Shown here: one piece after another, positions 54,551 through 64,000 of the stretch
Position numbering within the stretch: the stretch's first letter is position 1
How the letters are laid out: each line of letters begins with the position of its first letter
Assembly (NCBI RefSeq): GCF_009914755.1
Contig: NC_060933.1
Origin: the human T2T-CHM13v2.0 reference genome, Homo sapiens
Strand: one strand, 5' to 3'
DNA: 64,000 nucleotides
Made by a program: the position numbers and the translations under genes
The notes under the pieces: model-generated
Told to the model about the DNA's origin: nothing
Databases searched by the model: none
The model's input: only the letters and a program-made list of their open reading frames with translations

Positions 54551-55241
54551 CTCTCAAAAAACTGAAAATAGAATTACCATATGATCCAGCATTCCCACTG
54601 CTGGTCATATATCCAAAAGAAAGAAAATCCTTATATCTAAGAGATATCATCTGCACTCCCATGCTTATGACAGCACTATACACAATAGCCAAAATTTGGA
54701 AGCAACCTAAGTGTCCATCAATGGATAAATGGATAAAGATAATGTGGTACATATACATAATGGAATATTATTCAGCTATAAACAAGAGTGAAATCCTGTC
54801 ATTTGCAGCAACACAGATGGTCCTTATGTTAAGGACAATAAACCAGGCACAGCAAAACAAATACTGCATGTTCTCACTCATATGAGGGAGCTAGAAAGTG
54901 GATCTCATGACAATTGAGAGTAGAATGATGGTTATCAGAGGCTGGGAAGAAGGCGGTGTGGAGAAGGGTATGAAGACAGGTTGGTTGATGGGCAAGTATA
55001 AACATACAGTTAGAAGAAATAAGTTCTAGTATTCAAAAGTATGGCAGGGAAATTATTGTTAACAACAATTTATTGTATATTTCAAAATAGATAGAAAAGT
55101 TATAATGTTCCCAACAGAAAGAATAATGTTTGAGGTGATGGATATTCCAATTACCCTGATTTGATCATTGTACATTGTATACAGGTATCAAAATCATATG
55201 TACCCCCAAAATATATGTAACTATTAAATATCCATAAAAAA
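54551..55241 (+). mobile_element. L1MA-type LINE-1 3' end
   Basis: aaatagaattaccatatgatccagca..ggaagcaacctaagtgtccatcaatggat..tgcatgttctcactcata..ttaccctgatttgatcatt..tgtacccc. Confidence 0.9.
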
Positions 55242-55329
55242 TGAATGGAGAGGCTTGTCCTCTGAGCCAGCTTTCTCATTTTTCGTCAGTCCTGGCTCTC
55301 TATATCACTGAGAGACACATCACATTTCT

Positions 55330-55480
55330 TTCTTCATTCTCATTCATTTGTTCATTCTTGTGAATTCAACATATGTTCATGAATAGTTCAACAACTATTT
55401 ATCTTGTACTAACCCTCCACCAGGTACTGGATTAGCGACTGTGGATATGAAGATGAAAAACATTCGATTGTCAGAACTAC
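55330..55480 (-). mobile_element. L2 3' end
   Basis: (TCAT)-like run, then ttcaacaactatttat..ccaggtactgg..gatatgaagatgaa. Confidence 0.55.
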
Positions 55481-55609
55481 AAGGAGACTATCACTGGAAC
55501 TATTATGCAGAAAATCTCATTTTTTTCTTAAAAATATCCTAATATATAGTGGAAATGTTAAATTTTGCTGTATTTAATGTAAAAGTGAAAAAACATAGCT
55601 TCTTTAGAC

Positions 55610-55766
55610 CAGTGATTCTCAAGCCTTCAAATGCACAGCCATCATCCAGGGATTTGGTTAGAACACAGATTGTAAGTCAGAATGTCTAAGGCTAGGCTTG
55701 AAATTGTGCATTTATAACGAGCTCTTGGGTGATGCTGATTCAGGGGACCACACTTTACGTAACAGG
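55610..55766. mobile_element. MER5A (hAT-Charlie)
   Basis: CAGTGATTCTCAA..aattgtgcatt.taac.agctc..ggtgatgctgat..ggggaccacacttt; TSD CTTTAG(A/C)C at 55602-55609 and 55767-55774. Confidence 0.82.
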
Positions 55767-57936
55767 CTTTAGCCTGTGGGGTGATTAGTTATCCAGAAAG
55801 AGAGAAGTTTCTCACAGGAAAATGATCCACTTCTAGGTCAGAGGGAGGAGAAAACAGGTGTTAAGACAAACCTCTATAAAAGTAAGACAGGGGTAAGACA
55901 GAGAGGATCTGTTTCTGATGAATCACTCTCTGCCACCTGACTCTGTCTGCGTTTTCAGGATCAGACATATCGTACCGTACACCAGGATACAGGTTTTCTC
56001 CTAAGAGGGACACTGATCATTTCCTGCATCACTATTTTGAAACATCAGAACCGAAATGGTTTTTATGTTCCTAAAAGAAGAAGAAGAAGAAGAAAAAGGC
56101 ACCACTTTCCGATAACCCCCATTAACTACAGGGGTCATTGTGGCAAAATGAATGGGATTAGAAATCTGCTAAAAGCTGCAGTATATGGTACGCGGTGACT
56201 GACAAGCCTTTCGCTGAGTAGTTACAAATGGGACTAATGGTTTAAACTTGTTAGTCATTGTCAGAGCCTCTGATCCTTGAGTCAGCCATGGATGCTATGG
56301 CAGAAATCGATAAGGCACCACTTTCCGCAGTGAACTGCTAGACCATATAGATTGCCTGGAGGGAAATACTGAGTTCCCTCCCAGGCTGCCAGATGAAAGC
56401 AGGCAGCTAAATCTCCAGGAAGATTGACCACACTGCTCGGGGCAATTAGGCCTTTCACCACTTTGAACGATGATTATAAACGGGGGAGAGGGTTGGGAGA
56501 GTGAAGGGGAGACAGCTCTGCATGACAAACTGAAAGCTGGAAGCCATTTTGGGGAGCCTTGTCAGTTTCATGGTCACTGAGGGCATTTTTTTTCCTTTCC
56601 GTTGTTCAGATTGTTATACAGTGAATGTGCTGGGGCTGCTGCTTTTCCTTCCTTTCTTCTTTCCCTTTATTTTTCTTTAGAAGCTGGAGAAGGGAAGACA
56701 GGCAGCCAGAGCAGCACTTGGTTGATGATAAACTGTAAACTGCAGCTGAACTCCATTAATCCGTTCAATCCCTAAAGCCTGGGGCCTGAGTGCGTGTCGG
56801 AGGAGGGCTTCCTGTTGGGTACATTTCAAAACAATCACATCCCATTGTTCAGTGCCTTTTTGGGTAGAGTCCTGCGAGGATGCCAAAATCATCAGCGAAA
56901 GAAAGTGCATGTTCCCGCAACAATTACAGACAAGCTGCAGATTATCAGCAGGCTGCAAGGGGCAAGGTGCTGGGGCCCATTTGGCAGAGGGCTCTGCTTG
57001 GAGAGGAGCCTCATATCTGATGCACACAAGGCTGCACCCAGCATTATTATTAAGGGCGTCCAAGTGCTCCGTGGCTGCCTAGGCTGCGGGAAGCCCAGAT
57101 GTGCAAGAGAAAGGAACTGCAGGAGATGTGCAAAGCTTTGCCTTGGTTCTGGGCAGAAAGGCAGGGCAGCTTAGCCTCATGTCAAAGAGTTTCTGGCCTC
57201 TTTCTGCTTCATCAACTTTGTATTTCTGCTCAAATTTCAACTGGCGATGCATCTCCATTCCCTTGTTTCTGTTGTCGAGTTCCATTCCCTTTCTAACATT
57301 AGCTTCATGATTGATTTGTTTAATTTTTTTCTTTTCTTATCAGGCCCTGGCTCGTAGTCCACTGTTGACTTTAAGTTGTACTGTAAACCACGTTCCGCTA
57401 AGTATTGTTTAACTGTCAAGTGGATGGGGAGGCAAGATGTTGTGGGAGTAATCCCAAAGTGCTGCTCTGTGGCAGGGCTGTCAGTCAGAGGTTCTTGGAC
57501 CATTTCACCACCCTGGTGACTGCAGTCCTTGGTGGAGACTGTGGAAAAGTCTGTTTTTTTGAGGATTGCTTGGTGCCTGGTGCCTGGCATTTTAAAGATG
57601 TGTATACCAAGAATTGAAATGCTGAAGTTCATTAGGAAACAAGAAGGTACTTGGAGGGAGTGAGTGCTGCCTGTCCTTGATGGTGCTCATCTCTTCCATG
57701 GCAGGGGGTGGGGGGCGATTCAGGGGGATTGTTTGTTGCCATTTTTTGTTGCATGGAAAGAGGAGCTGGGGCCCAAAGAGGCAACTAACGGGCATTTTTT
57801 GCTCATCTTCAATTCACTAAGCATCCATGAAACATCGCCTGCTGTCAAAAGACCTTAGCCCAGGTGGCTCCCAGTCAGATGGGAAGCTTCACATTACCTA
57901 TTTACGATCCCACGAGGATGGATTGACCCCTTATGG

Positions 57937-58197
57937 CCCACGGAATGTACAACATCAAGAGTGAACCCTAATGTAAACTATGAACTTTGGGGGATAATGA
58001 TGTGTCAATGTGGGTTCCTCAGTTGTAACAAACATACCATACTGGTGGGAAATATTTTTAATAAAGGAGGCTGTTATGTGTGTGAGGGGAGAGGGTACAT
58101 GGGAACTCTCTGTACGTACCTTCCTCTCAGTTTTGCTGTGAACCTAAAACTACTTTAAAAAATAAAGTCCATTAAAAAACAAAACAAAACAAAAAAA
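57937..58197 (+). mobile_element. L1MC-type LINE-1 3' end
   Basis: gaatgtacaaca.caagagtgaaccctaatgtaaactatg.actttgg..tttgctgtgaacctaaaact.ct.taaaaaataaagtc plus A-rich tail. Confidence 0.88.
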
Positions 58198-58702
58198 CTA
58201 AAGAGGGAATTATAACCACTGTCCAAATATTAATCACAGTAAGTGAAATAAAATGAAGCAATTTATTTGATTTAGAAGATTCTTTTATAAAGTAAGTGAA
58301 TTTGACCTTCCTCAGCCTTCTTTATGGCATGAAATGAGAATTCTTTCTGCAAATCAAGTACATTTAAAAGGAAATATTAACTCTTTTAGGCAGCCAAGGA
58401 ATTACCTTAAAATACTTAATAATTAGAAAACTGTTAAATCACAGAATAATTTATAGAATTTGGGAAAACTTTTTAAGTCCTAGAAAGATAGTTGCTTTAA
58501 TGATATTCTTTTTAGTTACTAGGTTCATCTTAAATTATAGTTTTACTGGGGTATTCTAGAGTACTGGGATGGAATGTGGGCAATGTGGATTGTAGTTCTG
58601 ATTCTACCCCAGGGCGTTTTGGTGAGCAAGAACTTCCATCTCCTTGCCGCTTGTTCTTCACCTGTGAAATGGAAGACTTCACTAGCCAATATATTGAGCT
58701 CC

Positions 58703-59583
58703 TATGGTAGGGAAAACGATAGCTTCCCAAACAGTCCACACTAGAATCTCTGGAGTCTGTGAATGTGTTATGTTCCATGGCAAGAGGGATTTTGCAGATC
58801 TGATTAAGATAGGATGTTAAGATAGAAAAATTATCCTTTTATCCTGGATTATTTGTGTGGGCCCAAATGTAATAACAGGATTCTTAAAAGATGAGAGGTG
58901 GGCAGAGTCAGAGAAGGAGATGTGACAGTGGAAGCAGGGTTGGAGTGAAGCAATGTGAGAAGAACACCAATCTGTCATTGGTGGCTTTGAAGATGGAAGG
59001 AGGCCATCAGCCAAGGAATGTGGGCAGCCTCCGGAAGCTGGAAAAGGCAAGGACATGACTTCTTCCTGCTGAGCCTTCAGAAGAAACACAGCCTTGCTTG
59101 GTCTTAGCCCTGAGAAACCCAGTTTGAACTTCTGACCTCCAAAGCTGCAAGATAATACATGATATGGTTTGGCCGTGTCCTCACCCATATCGCACCTTGA
59201 ATTGTAATAATCCCCACCTGTCAAGGGTGGGGCCAGGTGGAGATAATTGAATCATGGGGCTTTCCTCCACACTCTTCTTGTGGTAGTGAATAAGTATCAT
59301 GTGAACTGATGGTTTTATAAATGGGAGTTCCCCTGCGCAAGCTCTCTTGCCTGCTGCCAGATAAGACGTGACTTTGCTTCTCCTTTGCTTTCTGCCATGA
59401 TTGTGAGGCCTCCCCAGCCATGTGGAACTGTGAGTCCTTTAAACCTCTTTTTATTCATAAATGACCCAGTCTCAGGTATGTCTTTATTAGCAGCATGAGA
59501 ACAGACAATACAATATATTTGTACTGTTTTTAAGCTACTGAAACTTTGGCAATTTGTTACAGCAGCAATGGGAAGCTAATACA
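58703..59583 (+). mobile_element. MLT1D-like MaLR LTR, split by THE1C
   Basis: GCCAAGGAATGTGGGCAGCCTC.GGAAGCTGGAAAAGGCAAGGA; ends TTTGTTACAGCAGCAAT.GGAA.CTAATACA; TSD G(C/A)TCC at 58698-58702 and 59584-59588. Confidence 0.87.
59160..59512 (+). mobile_element. THE1C-like solo LTR nested in MLT1D
   Basis: TGATATGGTTTGGC..TTGAATTGTAATAATCCCCAC.TGTCAAGGG..GGCCAGGTGGAGATAATTGAATCATGGGG..GCAGCATGAGAACAGAC.AATACA; TSD ATA(C/T)A. Confidence 0.9.
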
Positions 59584-61189
59584 GATCCCTTTTAGCAATA
59601 ACTTCTGTTGAAGCTATGAACATATAATGTTTGAAGGGTCACTAGAAAATTCTAAAATCAGATAGTGATATGCAAAAAAAGATGACTACTAACCATGATT
59701 TGAGTGTGAAATGTAGGGCTTACTGAAGATAAAGTTTGTAAAAGCAGAAACCGGTAAGAAGGGAAAATAAGACACCAGAATCCATGAAGGAAAAAAGGAT
59801 AGAAAAAACACTGTGAAGGAAGAAGCATACTTTAGCATTTTCTTATGCTTGAAGTATGTGAAACAGCTGTATACATTTTTTTCTCTTTCCTTGATTGGCA
59901 GAATGGAGAATGTTAACAGATACTTGTTTAGAAGGAACAGAAGCTTAGAATTAGCAGGGGCCATTGTGACTGATCTTGTAATGAACGTCAGAATTCATTC
60001 TACACCATCCCTGAATATTGTTCCTGACTCTGGTACTTAGTAATATTTGGGTACTTCATCAATATTTGTTGCATAGATGAATATCTTTTATTAATGACAA
60101 AGATACTAGCAATAAGTAAATTAGAAATTATGAAAAAAAAACCAACCTGAATAATCAATTCAGATTCATTAAATTGGGAGCAAGGCATATTTTGAATATA
60201 GTGATAGCTTTGTGCTTTGTTTTTCCTTCTGATTTAAAAGTCTGCAAACTGTACCTTGTTAATATCTTCAAAGGGACTTTCTTCTTTCCAAAGAGACTAT
60301 AGGTGATATACAGAAGTACTTAGATGCTTTCCTTTAAGAAACCTGTGAATTCACTGAGAAACCAAAGATTATTGCCTATTATTGAAGAGTATCTAGCACT
60401 ACTTTCCTCTCAGGCAAATCTATTTAAGCGACGTGGGTAGCTATAACCTCCCAGTAACACAGGATGCAGAGGTTACATTGGGGCCTCAAACAATTAATCA
60501 ACATTATGGCATAAGGGCTCAAATATGGAAATTCTGATGGTCCTACATGTTGATAAATGGCCAATTTATGCTAAGATCCATCAAGTGTGTTGGGGCATTT
60601 GGAACTATCACTGCACAATCATGACATGGTCATTATCGGGCTGCAAATCGTCCAAAGAAATGACATGCTTCAGGAAGCAAGATTTGCTGGTGGTGCCTGC
60701 CTCTTTTTAAACTCAGTGTGAGGCCAGCTTGCTGTAAACGAAGCAATACAGCATGTAGATTAGCTCATGTGCGGCAGCTGCATGGCGGAAAGCAATTATA
60801 ACACAGAAGCAACTCCACACGCAGGAACTAGCACCTCCTGAAATATGATCACCTCCGCTTCACTACAGAGGGAGATGCCAAACTGAAATACACACACAGC
60901 CGTAATGGAAGAGGGAGACCTGAATATATTATTGGGAGGAGAGAAGCTGGGGTTGTTCTTGAGCAGCCTCAGCTGAAACTAAGCAGTTGGCAGAGGCCAT
61001 TGTTGAAAGCTCTTTAGCTCCTGTGGATTCTGAAACAGGATTCTTCTAGGGATACCACAGTCCACTATTTTCTTTGTTTAATGCTATGCAGAGGATATTA
61101 AAGTCGGGCATTATTGGATTTTCTTTTTGTTGATATACTAGAGGTGACAAGTGCGTCTTTCTTCCTAGAGAACCCTTTCTCAGAAATGA

Positions 61190-61610
61190 ATGAGCATGCC
61201 CAGTGGATTGAATGGTTGATGTACACCAGACCCGGGTGGGACCAACACAGTTTGGTCCACATATGTGCTCCCCACATAGTTTGAAGCCTTGCTTGATATT
61301 TGCATATAAGGTGATATATAGCTGGGCTTGGGCTGCTAAGTTCTGCCCTGTGCTCAGTGAAGCAGGAGTGGCTAGTCTGCAAGTGAAAAGGAGCCAAATA
61401 GTAGATACGCAGACACGTGAATGAGAGATACTACAGTCTGAAAGAGAAGATTCAGTGGGTTCAGATTCTGACTTTCCGTTTACTAGTCTCAGTCACTCGT
61501 GAGTCCCTGCTGTAGTTTCTTCTCCTGGTTTCTATGAGATATTTATCCTTTTACAAATGCTCCCTTTCCTTTATTCTGTTTTGAGTGGCTGTTTCTGAGG
61601 CTTTGATTAA
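61190..61610 (+). mobile_element. Possible ancient ERVL/MaLR LTR relic
   Basis: General LTR-like layout, with 3' ggtttctatgagat..tccttttacaaa.gctcccttt..ttgagtggctgtttctg; family not securely recognised. Confidence 0.35.
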
Positions 61611-61699
61611 ATGATTTCCATTTTCCCCAGCTCCACCCCTGCCAGCTTTGGCTGAACTCTTAACATGTCACAGAATTTGTTTTGGTGGTTTAGGCATAT

Positions 61700-61835
61700 C
61701 ATTTTATTCAACAGTATCACCAACATTCAAAGGTAGATATGGTTATTTCATTTTTTCATGAGGAAATAGACTCGGAAAGGTTAGATAATATCTCCAAAGT
61801 CACACGGTTGATAAGTGCGGGAAGTGGTGATTTCT
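61700..61835 (-). mobile_element. MIR fragment
   Basis: catttttt.atgaggaaatagactcggaaaggttagataatatctccaaagtcacacgg. Confidence 0.65.
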
Positions 61836-62629
61836 ATTGAAGTTACATTTGCATTGAAATTGATTTTACATTTTCTGTGAAATCATTAAACCACCTACTA
61901 TATAGTAAATGATTTATGCTATAATTTGAGAGCAGAATCTATGTTGAATTACTGAATCAACTTGGGAGTAGGACTAGAAACCAAATCATCTTTATTTAAA
62001 AAGCTAACACTGTCTATGTTTACTTGAGGGCTGAAAACTTGCACAGCTTCAAAGAAAATAGGCTATGTATAAGAATTTTTCTGGGGTAGAGAGAGGGGGC
62101 GAAAGTTTTAGAAGTGTACCTAGATTATTTATAACCTATTCTGGTTTATAGCTTGCTGCTGCGTCAATTCTGTGATGCTGAAAAAGGTGCAAAGTCCACT
62201 AGATACACCATGAATTGCTCATCTTGGTCTCTCGTATTGAGAAGCTAATTAGAGATAATTGGATTAACATTATTTTTCCTAAATCAAAGTATTCTGATAC
62301 TCCTCTTTCCTAGTTTTATCTTTCTTTTGATCATAAGGAAATAAATGTATCCCTAACTTGTAACATTTGGGATCTTCATTCTCTTTAATTTTCATTTGCT
62401 TTTTTTGTGCTTTCCTCGCCTCTAGCTTTCCTTACCATGATGTTTAAGACTGCTCATCATCTGGGCACAATCATGACCTCCTTTGTGGCCATTAGTACTG
62501 TCCACATCTTCATTTCCTTTCTCCTGAGTGTCTCTGAGACATACAGCTAAACTGAATGTCTCAGAGCTCCTCATATAGGCTATTGTATCTGTTGGCTGTG
62601 ACTGGTTGTTGCTTCCTGCCTCACAACCC

Positions 62630-63285
62630 ATGACACTTCCCTGTCTAAACAAATAAGTATTACCCATACTTCAAGGCTCAGTTAAAATATTACTCCTTCA
62701 TGGCCAAGTGTGGTGGCTCACACCTGTAATCCTGGCACTTTCAGAGGCTGAGGAGGGCAGACCACTTGAAGTCAGCAGTTCGAGACCTGACCAACATGTT
62801 GACACCCCCTCTCTACTAAAAAATTAGCCAAGCGTGGAGGTACGTGCCTGTAAAAATTAGCGAAGCGTGGAGGTACGTACTTGGGAGGCTGAGGCAGGAG
62901 AATCGCTCGAACCTGCAATCACGGAGGTTGCAGTGAGCCCAGATTGCGCCGCTGCACTCCAGCCTTGGTGACAGAGCAAGACTTTGTCTTAAAAAAAAAA
63001 AAAATTACACCTTCATAATGAAACATTCCTTGAATTCCTTGATTGACACAGTCTGTAAGCAACATTGTCTTCATCTGAATTCCTATAATGTTCTATCTCC
63101 ACCACTCTTATGATTCCTAATGATCAAAACCCCGGAATTATAGTAATTTTTGCACATGCTTTCTCTTTAGTGCACTGTGAGCAACTTGAGGGGAGGAAGA
63201 ATTTTGACCTAATATGTTTATCCTCCCTGACATCCATGGAGTAACTTTTATGAAATAAGTATTCAGTAAGTACCTGTTAAACAAA
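62630..63285 (+). mobile_element. L2 3' region, split by Alu
   Basis: cttcaaggctcagttaaaatattactccttcat..actgtgagcaacttgagggg..agtattcagtaagtacctgttaa. Confidence 0.6.
62702..63004 (+). mobile_element. AluS with an internal tandem duplication
   Basis: Alu dimer with poly-A; TSD ATTAC(T/A)CCTTCAT on both sides. Confidence 0.92.
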
Positions 63286-63589
63286 TCCTTTTATATGTGG
63301 GTAATTTTAATGCAGATCTGATCTGAAGACATTTGTCATACCTAGTACAGTTTTCTTTTTTTTTTTTTTTTTGTCAGGGGAGGCACAATAGTACATGCTT
63401 ATCTGGTGAGTGAAGGAGGAAAGAGTCACTAAAAATGTTTTTTATATGATTCATTGACGAAGAAGAAACACTGAATTGCCAGTTTTTTATATGATCTGTT
63501 TCTTTTAATTATATAGAAACAGCCTTGGTCAAGTAGGCCCTATAGGCTGGAGTTGATGCTGACTATATTGATATGATATGTGGAGTGTG

Positions 63590-64000
63590 TGAGACAGGAT
63601 GCTTAGCTCTAATTAATCTGAAACCCAGACTGACTGGCTTAAATAAAAGGGCAAATTTTTAATATACTTTGCAAGAAGTCTGGAGGTGGCGTAGCTCCAG
63701 GATCAATTAAATTCCTGTTTCGATGACATCAAAGACCTAGGTTCTTTGCTTTTAGCTTGTTGCCTTTGTTCTCCTGCTAGCTAAAATCTTCATGATTTTT
63801 AGTGGTTCTAGTAATCGTACGCAGGCACAATAATATCGAATGGAAAAAGAGGACAGGTATTCCTGTGTTTTTGACAGCAACAAAACCTATCCCAAGAGCC
63901 TGGCAGAAGTGTCCTCTTTATTTCTTACTAGCCAGGGTTGAGTCACATGACTATCCCTAAACCACTTCTGAGGAAGGCATTGGGATTACCATGTTGGATT
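63590..64000 (-). mobile_element. MLT1K-like MaLR LTR, runs off the window
   Basis: gaaacccagact.actggcttaaataa..aagaagtctggaggt..catcaaagacctaggttcttt..gtcacatg.ctatccctaaacca..tgggattaccatg.ttgg. Confidence 0.7.

Noticed and set aside
54495-54885. ORFs resembling the L1 ORF2 C-terminus (IAKIWKQPKCPS)
   Set aside because: Fragment of a truncated L1MA; not a host gene.

Overview
Primate, very probably human, non-coding genomic DNA (intergenic or deep intronic) with no CpG island. I can support no functional protein-coding gene. The supplied ORFs are short and mostly come from Alu, LTR, L1 or microsatellite sequence or are chance frames. The window is a mosaic of about 13 Alu/FLAM/FRAM SINEs (many with readable target-site duplications, TSDs), MIR/L2/L3 relics, four L1 fragments, MaLR/ERV solo LTRs (THE1, MST, MLT1, MER51, LTR33) and hAT DNA transposons, including a decayed Charlie7-type transposase. 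Several repeat-poor islands look like enhancers or conserved elements. The most notable structures are: (1) an apparent L1-mediated 3' transduction at 24770-25486 carrying about 340 bp of unrecognised DNA inside one TSD pair; (2) an exact 26-bp inverted repeat with arms about 800 bp apart (18406/19230); (3) a 62-bp local copy pasted into a MER102 (5374 vs 6725); (4) a permuted 16-bp direct repeat at 56096/56312; (5) several perfect palindromes; (6) three hAT elements stacked at one TCTAGA target; (7) multi-layer TE nestings. I see no evidence of a new multi-gene system. Repeat subfamily names are from memory of consensus sequences, and boundaries of old repeats are approximate.
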